A stretch of 64,000 nucleotides of DNA. Origin: the human T2T-CHM13v2.0 reference genome, Homo sapiens. Of this stretch, positions 52,418 through 64,000 are shown in pieces. A program made the position numbers and the translations under genes. Numbering within the stretch: the stretch's first letter is position 1; the number at the start of each line of letters is the position of its first letter. The notes beneath the pieces were generated by a model that was not told where the DNA came from, searched no databases, and worked only from the letters and a program-made list of their open reading frames with translations. Location: assembly GCF_009914755.1 (NCBI RefSeq), contig NC_060927.1; one strand, given 5' to 3'.

Positions 52418-52435
52418 ATTTGCATTAATGCAAAT
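52418..52435. promoter_or_regulatory. Palindromic double octamer (candidate POU-factor dimer site)
   Basis: ATTTGCAT-TA-ATGCAAAT, a perfect 18-bp palindrome; function is inferred only. Confidence 0.4.
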
Positions 52436-54639
52436 AATGCTTATATAATTAACCATTCTACTTGGCCTTGCATTCTAGTGACGTATCAGTGTAATATACA
52501 CAGAGAAAACAAGATAAAGTAGTTTTTTCCTTTGGCTCATGCATCGATATTACTACCTGCACATCTGTTTTTGTCTAATCTGAGATGCTTATTCTAGTAG
52601 TTTCACATTAAATATAAATTATTTATTATTTATAATAATGAATTGTAAAATAGAGCCAAGTAATTTATTGCTGTCATTTTAAAATGTTTTCTCAAAGTGC
52701 TTTATAGAAACATTGTTCTAAAAAACAACTTTGGGTCAATGTTAGTAGCTGAGATGATATTACTATTGTAATTGTGTGTAGCACCTTTTAGGAGTTACAA
52801 AATTTCCTCTGCTTTTGTGCTTTCTTCGGATTGAAACGGCCTTTCCTCTTCACTTGTGCAGTTGCCACTCATGTGTCAAGACCTATAATGGTTTTGTGGG
52901 AAAAGCAGAGGCTTCAAGACCAAACAGAATACCAGTTTCATGACTTACTAATTACAGTTATTTTGCCTATAATACCAGATTACCTTGAAAGGTTGCTTAT
53001 GTTTCAGGTAGGTCTTCAGTGTTCACATGTGTAAAACTAACCTCATAATTACTCACCTCACATGGATAATGTGATCAGTAAATAAAATAGAAAGCACCAA
53101 GTACATACTGATGCAGAGATGTTGAATCACTTTCATCTTGATGCATTCAACCAACACTTGTACTATTTATAATCACAGCTTGTTATAAAGTAGCAGATCC
53201 AGACAGAAAGTGGCCCCTGCTAGATCAGCTGGTGGCCCCATGTTGCCTCTGCTGCATCCTCAGTGCCATGTGCACTACATTCAATCATAATTGATGGCAG
53301 AATGAAAGGGAAACATCAGCCTGCTGAGTAGGGGCCTGAAGGCCCATCGCCTAACCTGTCCTCTAAGCCTGCTGGACTCTTCACCTGGTGTTGCTATAGG
53401 AGCCCACAGTCCTGAGAGCTTCCTTAAGAGTACCTAGAGGAGCTCTTAGACTCAAGGAGAATTTATGCAATAGTGCAAAAGTTGAAGATTAATATGTGCC
53501 TGTTAAGAACAAGAACTATGAACTGTTAACCATACATTAATTTAATTATAAATATGTACCCCAAAATGATAAAAAGATACTTCCTTCTGAAGCAAGTAGT
53601 ACAAATATTTTATAACAGGTGTGACAACATGAATCATTTCTGCTGAGGTCTGGATAAGTTTTCTGCCTGCCTTGTCTAAGCTTTGCTCATTGTTTACTAT
53701 GGGCCTACCTTCTCCTAGGCTGGTTCCTTCTGGAATTCCCCTCTAATACAGTCTGCAAATGCCTCCTGCTGTTTACTTGCAAACCTAGGAGGAATGGCTT
53801 CTCACTATTGTGTTCTCCACCCTGAAGTATTAGTCATCTTCATATTTTATATACTACTCATGAATCGGGGGACGATATTCACTGTCATTATCAGCAGAGG
53901 AACTTCCTGTATTGAAATCTAAGCCACAAGTGGATCCTTCTGTGGCTGTCAACATGGATACCATTACACTACAAGTGCTTCACCATTAAATATCCTGCCA
54001 AAGGGCTGTAGCTTCAGAATATTGAATTTTATCACATCCAATAGCTCACAGGTTACAATAGCAATCCCACCTTTTTAGTTATTCTTTGTGCATCTGTTTT
54101 ATTTCTGTACCATAGTCCCAGTGCAGCAATTGTTCTTTTTTTTATATATATACTTTAAGTTCTAGGGTACATGTGCTTCATTCTCAGCCCTTAGCTCAGG
54201 GTCTCACACATAGAGGGCCTCAGTAAACGATTGTCCCAAGAATAAACAAATGATCCTCCAAGTGTTACAGAGTTTAGGAGGCAGATGAGCTTCTATATCT
54301 GGACTCTTGAGATGGATGTGCATTTATTCAGCCTTAACGTATATTTTATAGCTGGAAGGTGCATAATTATTTATCCTTTGGTGATACTTAAACTGGAAGA
54401 TGATTCTAAGAATAATAATGCAACTTGTTTCTCTGAGCTTCATCACACCCAGCTTTTCAAGTGGAACTAAAATTAGTAATGAGTATTGGAAACATTGCCA
54501 GTGAACATATGAAAGGAGGGCATTCAGCTAATTTGGGGCTACCAGAAAATGCTCTGCCAGGCCTCCTGGATAAATGGGGAGTCAGCCGTGACAGCTGCCG
54601 CTTGCAAGTGTCTTCATTGTGCCAGTCGCTCCTCACACA

Positions 54640-54790
54640 TCCTTTCATTTAATCCTCACATTATGAGGTGTAATGTCTTTAATAAGCTTATTTTATGGGT
54701 AGGAAATTAGGGTTATGAGGTTAAATATCTTGTCCTAGATGACAAAGCTAATGAGTAATAGAACCAGGATTAGAACCCATGTAAATCTTT
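54640..54790 (-). mobile_element. MIR SINE fragment
   Basis: tcatttaatcctcaca...gaggttaaatatcttgtc...ccaggattagaaccca. Confidence 0.7.
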
Positions 54791-55675
54791 GCTGTTTCTG
54801 CCGCTACACCACTCCCAAGATGAGTTTCTCATCTGCATGTGTGAGCCTCTGCTTAATGCTGCTGTTTTGTTCTCCTCCACTCCTGCTTTTGCTCCTGTCC
54901 TCATTTGTTTAATGACTGGGTTCATTTCCTTGATCATATTTTTTTTTCCTTCTCCTATTTGAATGATGGGGGCACAGTTGGCCAGTTCTTTGATACTGAG
55001 CTGTAACAATCACCATCCTTGCTTGAAGAAGTCCTTGCTTCTTTGTATCTCTCATTTGGCTTGACATCAAAGCTGAAAAAGGTTACTGATGACGGTATGG
55101 ACCTTTTCAATATGCAAATTATGTAATGGTACAAACGACTTTATATCAGTATAATAAAGTTCTTAACGATTCATTTTTATTGCTGCCTGTTCAATACGTC
55201 AAGCTGTAAAATAGAATATTTTAATTTATGGGAATGACTCAGATCTTGAAGAATGAATGTGAAAATACTGAATTCCAAAGTGCAAACTCTGCCATAGGCT
55301 GTGGACTTCTTGAGGACAGGGGTTGTATCCTGTAGGTCAGGTATCCCTGGTTTCCACACAAGGGCTGCCTGCAGTAGACCCCAGCGATGATTAAAGATAC
55401 ATTATGAAGGCGTAAATAAATGCCTGCCTTGGCCTTTAAACTTTTGATGTTTACCATTTTTTTAGAACTGTGCAAGTTGATAAATACTATCTGACTAAGC
55501 TTAAGAAGCTAGTACACTTTTTAAGAGACATGTTGGTTATATTTTAAATAAGTGTAACTTACCAAAAATGTGGTGGTTTTTGAATTATGCAAATAATCCA
55601 ACCTGCATATATTTAGTTACTATAAGATAATTACTATGGCAATTAGTGATAAATGCTATAAAGAAAAATAAGGCA

Positions 55676-55972
<297 letters not shown>

Positions 55973-56887
55973 AAAAAAAATGAGGCAGAAATGAAAGGAA
56001 TGGTTGGGTGTTTATTACTTAAAATATGATGGTCATGTAAAATAGATGAGTAATATTATAATGCAAAATATTTGGATATTTAAATACAAATATGTAAAAT
56101 TTATACTAAGGTAGATATCATAATTGTACCCATTTGAGCCATGAGACTTGTTTCTGGCTATCCCATTTCCTTTTCATAGTGATTTTAGAGCCAACAAGAT
56201 TACTTCAGAGGGATCTTTTCCTAGCTTTTTAGTGAGTAAAATAATGGATCAGCTGTTCACTGATTCTTTCCCTTCTTCAAGCTTGGGCTCTTAAAACAAG
56301 CACATGCAATTTGGAACAAGAATTCAAATTTGAACATTTTAAAAACCATTAATAGGAACATAAAAATACTAGTTTTAGAGGTACTATTAGTGATGAATGG
56401 TATCAAATAAATAAATGCTATTTTTTAATTCTCATTGTATGTTTTAAACTGAATTTCAGATGAAGACATTTTGGCTGAAATGAGTGAAGTGTGTAGGTGT
56501 TGAAGTTTTCTATAAGATGAAGTTGAAAATTTTGTTAAAATGGATAACCAAATTTTAAAACTCAGATCAGATTTGCACGCATATTTGTAGCTTTTCACGC
56601 TGAAATGAACTCAGTTCAGTATATTAGCTCAGGGTTCAAGTGCAGTGTTGTACTAGCCTCACTGCACTTGGAAAGTAATACTATTCACATCTTGTTTTAA
56701 CCATTATGTGGGGATGTGTGATGTTATCATTTTCACATGCACATTTGAAGTTGAGTAGTGGAAAGTCAGATAAAAAAGCGTTTAATATCATCACATCAGC
56801 CTGTTTTAGGAGAAGAGCCTTGTGCATGAATGCAGGAGGGGATCTAGTTGTCAGGTGTAATCTCATGTCTGGATGTTCCCTTTGCAG

Positions 56888-56963
56888 ATGATTCAGTCCC
56901 TCAAGGCGTTGATTGAAAATGCAGATGCTGTATATGAAAAGATCGTACATTGTCAGAAGGCAG
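56888..56963 (+). CDS. PLCL2: PLCL2 coding exon 4 (MIQSLKALIENADAVYEKIVHCQKA)
   Basis: Acceptor gttccctttgcAG|ATG and donor GCAG|GTAAGT. 76 nt, phase 0 to phase 1, open frame with helical character matching my recollection of the PLCL C-terminal region. Confidence 0.9.
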
Positions 56964-57105
56964 GTAAGTGAAAGTTTGTTTCCTCTCTTTAAATGAAATT
57001 AATAGCATCATATACTTTGCCCCAAAACTATTTCATTTTTTGGATGCTATATCAAGAAAATCAAATAAGAAAATTATTTTTCTATGGCTAAAGAAAATAC
57101 CAATT

Positions 57106-57251
57106 CAGTGGTTCTCAGCCTTGGGTAACAAACTCACCTGAGGGGACCATTCAAAATACATTAACATTGGTCTGAGGTATGGGGCTGGGAATTAATAACT
57201 ATTTTAAATTCCCAGGTGTTTCTAATGTACAGCCAAAATTGAGAAACTCTG
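57106..57251. mobile_element. MER5A-like hAT-Charlie fossil
   Basis: cagtggttctca ... ccaggtgtttctaatg ... ttgagaaactctg TIR-like ends. Confidence 0.7.
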
Positions 57252-60200
57252 CACTAATCTCTTCTTCAGTGTTAACTGTGTTGCCAAAGCTCCTGCTGGT
57301 CACCCGTGACTCTGGTACACAGTAGGATAGGTAAGGCTTGAGTAGAGGGAGAATGGCTTCTTGTAAAGGAGATGGATTCCAGTTACAACCTCCTGACACT
57401 TTTTAGTACACTGGCATTTTCACGTGCTGATAAATTCATTAATTTAACATCCAAATGTTATACCAGACTATAAAATTCTTCTTATATAAACAATCATCCC
57501 ATTAATTTTAGCTGTGGTAAAACCAAAAAATTCAGTATTCTGCATTGTAATAAAAATACACAAAATGGAGTTCTTTTAATTTTCTGATTTTTTGAGTGTT
57601 GATTTGGGAGATTCTATTATGGAGAATATTTTCAAGTCATAAAAAAAAAAAATTGTCCTGACTTTCTAAGGTTTTTTTCGTTGCTGTTCTTTAAAACCAA
57701 GAAACTATATTGCCTACCCTGAAAAAAAAAATCCCTTATCTCAGAAATGAACTTGTTTAAAATAGATTGAAGATAAGGATATGTGTGACATTTTTTTTCT
57801 AATATCTATTGAAAGAGTATTCATATTAGTGACTAATCAACAAACTCCACAATCCCCATCTTGTTTTACTCATCTTGTCAGCAAATATTGTTAGCAAAGT
57901 GGTCTTTCTACTTCTAGTCCTTTGCAGGCTAACTCTCCCTACAATCTACATTTAATTATTCAAACACAATTTTTATCTACAACACAATCTACAAATTATT
58001 AACACAATCTGCAAATTATTGAACAGGAGATATGGAAGTAAACACAGTAAATATATTGAATACTTACCGTGTGTTACTCAGGAGTCTCAAGTTGGTGTGT
58101 GAGGCACTGGGGAGACATTGGTGTTTGTGTAGAACAGGAGAGGGACTGAGCTTTCAGGTACTGACCATAATAGCTGTGTGCAGAGAATGTCCATGGGCAG
58201 ACCTGATGGGAGGCAGTTGGCAATAGATAAGGAAGGTGCTTCTGGAGAGTGAGGGAGGAAGGGAAGGGATGGTGAACCATCTACCCTCTGCTTTGGGCTG
58301 CCTGTCCCCATTCCCTGTGTTTCTACTTAATCAGATTTGCACACATCACTCATCTGCTGAGACTTCTTTCTCTGCCCTCTCTGCCAATCTGTACTTTCTT
58401 CTTTTTCAATTATCTCAACAGTCTTCTGGGAGACCTTTCAAGATTCCAGGATTTATGTTACCTAAAGCATTCTATTCAGCCCTTTAAACCTTTAATTTGC
58501 TTCAGTTGGTAGGGCTTCTTCAGTTATTGTGTATTTTATTAATGCATTCCATCTTGTAAACAGGATAATAACCTCCTAAAGCACTAAGATTATATATCAA
58601 GCTGCTCTCTGTATCTTACCCATGACATCTGTTCTAACATTCTGCACAGAGTAGTTGCCCAAATATTAACTAAATATGATTTTATTTTAATTATTTGATT
58701 CCATTCAATGCATGTATTGCTATGAAAATTGTGGACTTTGTGGAATTTGAAAAAAACTGTTTATCAGAAAAAAAACTATTCAACAATTTGAGTTATTGTC
58801 AATTCACTGGTTTATGAGATTTGATAATTTTCAGTATAATGTGGCTTTCTGTTTATGTTTGATTTCAGTAAGGGATACATGTGCTTGTACTTAAAAAGCT
58901 GAAGAATCTTATCTATTAGGGATTTTGATTAGGATGGGGGGAGAATAACCACTGTGTAATGGTTCAAGTTGCTCTGGGTTTAAAGATCTTTAGAAGCGTG
59001 TAAAGATTATCTTTTGGTTTCACAGTTACTGATGAACGCCTACACAGCCCTTCTGTTATCCCAAGTACTTATTTTAGAGTCCCTTGATCTTTTGTTTCTC
59101 ATGTTTACAATTATGGTAAGGACATATAGTCATTAGTCATATGAAGAATTGCTAATTTGTTTTGGGCTCAAAGACAGTTGCATAAGATCTTACTTTTGAC
59201 AAGTAATTGTTATTCTGCTTGCCAACAGATATAGGTCACCAAAGTGCTGCAAGAGAGGATTATTTTAGATGTATTTCGAATTTTAAAGCACAAACATATA
59301 TTTTTATTAGTTAAAACCTTGTTTAAATAACTGAGTGGAAATAAAGAGTCAGACATCCACCCCCAAACACATGTTAAAAAATGTCCCCAGTTCAGAAGGG
59401 TTCAGGCTCTTGGCTGTGTAATCTATTTTTTACATAGGAACATGCTATGCTGATGTTAGTACTGGGAAGAGGAAGCGTGGCAGGAGAGGAATGCTGAGAA
59501 GTGAAGACCTCCAACCAAGGTAGGCTAGGAACCTATGCATCCCAGCAGTGGAGGACCCAAAGGGACCATGGAAAGAGCAGTGGAAACAACTCGGAGATGC
59601 GCAGTTGGAGGCAGCCTGCCTGCATAGTCCTCTCTGTTAAGAAGAGAATGCAGTGACACAGAGAGTTGGGGTAAAAGAGAAATTTTAATAATAAAACCAT
59701 GTTGCTAGGAGTATATAAACGACCCAGTGAAGAGGAAGACATTAATAGATGAGACAGAGATTCAGGATGAAGGATGTGAGGTCAGGAATGAAGTACAGTC
59801 ATGAAACACTTGACCTCAGAAAGGGAGAAAGGCTCCTCGTCTGAGATAATACAGAAAGCCGTGACATTTAGAAAAATTCTGAAAAAGAGAGGAGTGTTTT
59901 CCATTGACGAGGTAAACAGGGAAGTAGTGTCATAGGAGAACACCAACTTTGGGGGTGAGGAAGTGAAAGCGGGGATTCAAGACAGGGGCAAGAGTATGGG
60001 GACTTTGCTCAGAGTCAGAGATCAGCAGTGCCAGTCAAAGGGACTGATTAAATATCAGATCCTGCAGGGGTGATATGGGATGCGTGAGTCTGGGCCGCCA
60101 TGGGAGTGAGAAGTGATGTGGCCATGCAAGAATGGGTCTCTATAATTCATAAGCCCAGGCGAACACATGCATACATGTTCTCAAGTAGGAGATTGGTAAG

Positions 60201-60305
60201 GAACACCAGCAGGAGAGCTGAACAGGAGTCTGCAGAGGGAGAAACATCATAAAAGTTCATTTGTTAGAAATGTATAAAAGTTGGGAAAAGATTTGTCAAA
60301 TTCTT

Positions 60306-60367
60306 TCAGGGCCAAAGTCTTTTCCACTTTCTAATATCAGGGCCAAAGTCTTTTCCGCTTTCTAATA
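60306..60367. repeat. 31-bp tandem duplication
   Basis: tcagggccaaagtcttttcc(a/g)ctttctaata twice, one mismatch. Confidence 0.92.
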
Positions 60368-62296
60368 TCTATGTTTTTGTCTCTTTAAATGCCAAAACTG
60401 CAGCCCATTTTTGGATTATAATTTCCTTTCTAGTCACTGAATTGGTATGCTTAATAAAGGATAGGAAGACGATCAAGAAGGAAACCCAAATGCTTTCCCT
60501 CAGTGAGCTAGGTGTTTCTATCAGGTAATTTTAAATGGAAAATAAATTGTTCTCTGGAGGAGGAAAAAAACAAATCAATGACATCCTGTTAAAGATGGTG
60601 AATTAACAAATGCTTTTAATCTCTACTCTAAAACCTCATTAAAATGACAGTAGAGGGTTTTTCTTTAAGCCACAAATCCATAAGGACAAAGAAATCGGGA
60701 GCAACAAAATTCTAGAAACTGAGTAACAGCTGAACAAGTGATAATTGGCTTAGCTGCCCACTCAGGAACCTCAATCTGAAGCTGGTCTTGGGGGGCCTGA
60801 CACAGCCTGACTCACAGGCCAACCACCAGCTCAGATCTAACCTGGTGACCAGGTACCTCTGGGAACTGGGTTAAAGCTAGTTATAAAAGACAGGAACTGT
60901 GTAGAAGCTGGATTAATTAACGCTTAGATCTCTGTGTCCTGACAGTGGGGAGGTTAAAAATAGCAAAATTCTCATTCTCCATATGGGGAATTTAATAGGT
61001 GATGCTTGAAAAACAGTTCTAAGTAAACAATATAAGCATGTTACTTGGAAATATGAACATAAATACTAAGGAAGGGAAACAATCAGCTAAAGGCATTGAA
61101 TGTGACTGCTTCTGGGGAGGGAGAATTGTGGACAATTATTTGGTTCTTTACGTACATGCATAATTCTAGCAAAAATAAAAACTAAATTCGAAGAAAAAAG
61201 AAGGAAGGAATCAAGGGGCAAAAGCTGCCACAGGAACTGAGGATGTTCCCAAAGATGTGATCCCACACCCACAAGGCCTGGGAGAGTGTTAGGTTGCAGA
61301 GGCGCAAAGAGCCCGCATAGGACACCTGCTGGCTTCCCTGCTTTCATGGGCATGCCTCAGGCAGAGGTGATGCCTGCATGCCTGGGAGGATGAGAGCGTC
61401 GTTCCTCTTCTGGCAGGAGAATCTGTTCTGTGCACTTTCAGAATGACTGTTAGGAGGGAGGATCAAACTAAATGAAAGATGACCCAGCCCTCTCCACACC
61501 TCTTTAAATGGAAGGTTCTTTGCTAAAAGCTCCAGCGTATTTTCATGCATGGCCAGGGTTGCATCTTCACTGAGTAAAGTGGGATCAAAGAAAATAACTT
61601 TCCAAATAATAAAAGCTTTAATTACCCTTCATTTTAATCAATTTAATGGGAAATTTTCAGTGGATCTTATCCATCCCTGCTTTCTTAAATTTGATTTGCC
61701 AAAAATAATTTGAACATTTGTTTTAAAGACCCAAGGTCATCTTGAGATGCTGCAGTTTAATGCAGTGATTTCTTGGAGGCTTTAAGTTTGGAGGCCCCTT
61801 AACCTGCACACACAGCAGCCTGCCTGCTGTGACTGTTCAGATCTGGACATGGTGTTAATAGTTAAATTCCATCTCCTTTCATTAAACTCTCACTTCCTAC
61901 TGCTTTGTACTGTATTTCCAACTGTCTGTTTGTATACTGCTCTTTTTTTCTCTTACATTTGCTGCTTCCAGTCTGCTGAGCAGTTGATGTCTCCCCTGTG
62001 ACCAAGCGATTTATCTTACATAAAAGAGGATGAGGCCCCGACACACTCCTGCATGGGGAAAACCAGCAGAATGTCAGGCCAGACCTACATGACCTGGATT
62101 TAATTGCTCAGAGACTTTTTTTTTTTTTTTCAAACTCCTCAGATCTCAGTGTGCTCCTAGGAGCTGAGGTTATCAGATAAGTAAGCCATCACCACCTGTC
62201 ACTTGGTTCATGCACATCATCTTGCCCAACATAGTAAAGAAAATCATCTGCGAGATTCATTCTGAAAGCACTTAACAAGTGTTCTGTTTGAAAATA

Positions 62297-63414
62297 CAGT
62301 TGACCCTTGGACAACACAAGTTTGAACAGCATGGGTCCACATATATGTGAGTTTTTTCAATAAATATACTGAAACATTTTTTGGAGGTTGGCAACAATTT
62401 GAAAAAAGACAGATGAACCATGTAGCATGGAAATATCAAAAAATTTAAGAAAAAGGCCACAAATGCATAAAATATATGTAGGTACTAGTCTATTTTATCA
62501 TTTACTGCCATAAAATATGCACAAATCTGTTATAAAAGGTTAAAATTTATCAAAACTTATGCACACACTTAAAGCCCATACATGACGTCTTTCACAGTTA
62601 AGAAAAATGTAAACAATGTAAGATGCACTATTAACTCATAACTGCTAAAATTAACTCCAAAACATACTTTGCTACTGTAATAATTTCATAGCCACCTCCT
62701 GTTGCTGTTGTGCTGAGCTCAAGTGTTGGGAGTATCTGCTTAAAACGCTGTGTGATGCTAATCATCTCTGACTGAGCAGTTTATCATTCCAGTAAGTTGC
62801 ATTCACAGTAAAAAGTGATCTCTCACAGTTACGGCATATTATTCATCATGTTTAGTGCAATACCATAAACCTTGAGTAACACCATGGGACCTATATGAAG
62901 TGCCACTGGTGATACTGTAAGTGCTCCCAAGAAGCAGAGAAGAGTCATGACATTACAAGAAAGAGTTGAATTGCTTAGTATATACCATAGATTGAGGTCT
63001 GCAGTTGACTGCTATTTCAGGATAAAGAAATCCAGCATAAGGACTGTTCTAAAAAAAAAGAAAAGAAAATTCATGAAGCTATTTTTGCAGCCATACCAGC
63101 AGGTACGAAAACCTTGCACTTCTTGTGCAAAGTTTTTTTTTATCTCACATTGAAAATACAGCTTTTAGGTGGGTACAGGATTGCTATACAAAAGGCACAC
63201 CTATAGACTAATATGATTTAAAAAAAAGTGAAGTCATTATATGACAATTTAAAGTAAAGGATCCAAAGCTAGAGAATTTAATGCCAGCAAAGGATGGTTT
63301 GATAATTTTAGAAAGAGGTTTGGCTTAAAAAATGTCAAGGTAATAGGCGAAGCAGCTTCTGTCAACCAGCAGGCAGCAGACAAGTTCCCAGATGCCATTA
63401 AGAAAATCATTGAG
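62297..63414 (+). mobile_element. Tigger2-like DNA transposon, 5' part with decayed transposase
   Basis: TA|cagttgacccttg terminus; ORF 62947..63153 begins MTLQERVELL (pogo/CENP-B-type HTH); downstream remnant gaatttaatgccagcaaaggatggtttgataatttt. Confidence 0.85.
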
Positions 63415-64000
63415 TCAAATTATCCTTGTTTGCAGATAATATGATCTTATGTTTGGAAAAGCCTAAAGACTCCACCAAAAATCTGTTAGAACTGATAAAC
63501 AAATGCAGTAAAGCTGTAGGATACAAAATCAGCATGCAAAAATCAGTAGCATTTCTATATGCCAACAGTGAACAATTTGAAAAGGAAATTTAAAAAGTAA
63601 TCCCACTTAAAATAGCCCCAAATAAAATTAAATACCTAGGAATTAACTTAAAGAAGTGAAACATCTCTATTAATGAAAACTATAAAACACTAATGAAAGA
63701 AATTAAAGAGGGCACACATAAAAAAATGGAAAGATATTTCATGTTCATGGATTGGAAGAATCAATATTGTTAAAATGTCCATACTACCCAAAGCAATATA
63801 CAGATTCAATACAATCGCTATCAAAATTCCAGTGACATTCTTCATGGAAATTGAAAAAAAAAATCCTAACATTTATATGGAACCCCTAAAGACCCAGAAT
63901 ATTCAAAGCTATCTGGAGCAAAAAGAACAATACTGGAGGAATCATATTACCTGCCTTCAAATAATACTGCAGAATTATAGTAATCAAAATCGCATGATAA
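63413..64000 (+). mobile_element. 5'-truncated L1 (decayed ORF2 RT region) inserted in the Tigger element, running off the window
   Basis: tccttgtttgcagataatatgatc encodes SLFADNMI (degenerate FADD); aaaatcagtagcatttcta, aaatacctaggaat, aaaatgtccatactaccc. Confidence 0.9.

Larger units (their letters stand above)
56763..58213 (-). ncRNA. Candidate spliced antisense lncRNA overlapping exon 4 (possibly PLCL2-AS1); outer ends approximate
   Basis: Minus-strand donor ACG|GTAAGT at 58068/58067, minus-strand acceptor tattttctttAG at 57088/57087, and minus-strand ATTAAA at 56786-56781. The outer boundaries and the name rest on unverified memory. Confidence 0.4.

Noticed and set aside
62947-63153. 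Domesticated Tigger transposase
   Set aside because: Frameshifted at a poly-A run, contains stops, and is interrupted by an L1.

Overview
This is primate (very likely human) genomic DNA from inside PLCL2 (inactive phospholipase C-like 2 / PRIP-2), on the + strand. The window holds three internal coding exons, each bounded by canonical AG/GT: a giant 2487-bp exon (23695-26181) encoding the RVxF motif, PH, EF-hand, X, Y and C2 domains; a 204-bp exon (28729-28932); and a 76-bp exon (56888-56963). Exon numbers 2/3/4 are from memory. The first exon, promoter and 3' exons lie outside the window. The rest is intron filled with Alu, L1, MIR, L2, MaLR LTR and DNA-transposon fossils; subfamily names come from recalled consensus sequences, not a search. 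Main lead: exons 2+3 total 2691 nt = 897 stop-free codons with phase-0 ends and are bracketed by long introns and oppositely oriented Alus. A back-spliced circle would therefore be an endless ORF whose junction creates a strong Kozak AUG (GACATG|G). Other leads: a gap-free 397-bp duplicated block carrying lymphoid TF motifs, a perfect 24-bp hairpin running into T8, a palindromic double octamer, splice and poly(A) signals for an antisense transcript over exon 4, and a V-SINE-like cargo inside a MER6 transposon. No rRNA, tRNA, CRISPR array or prokaryotic system is evident.
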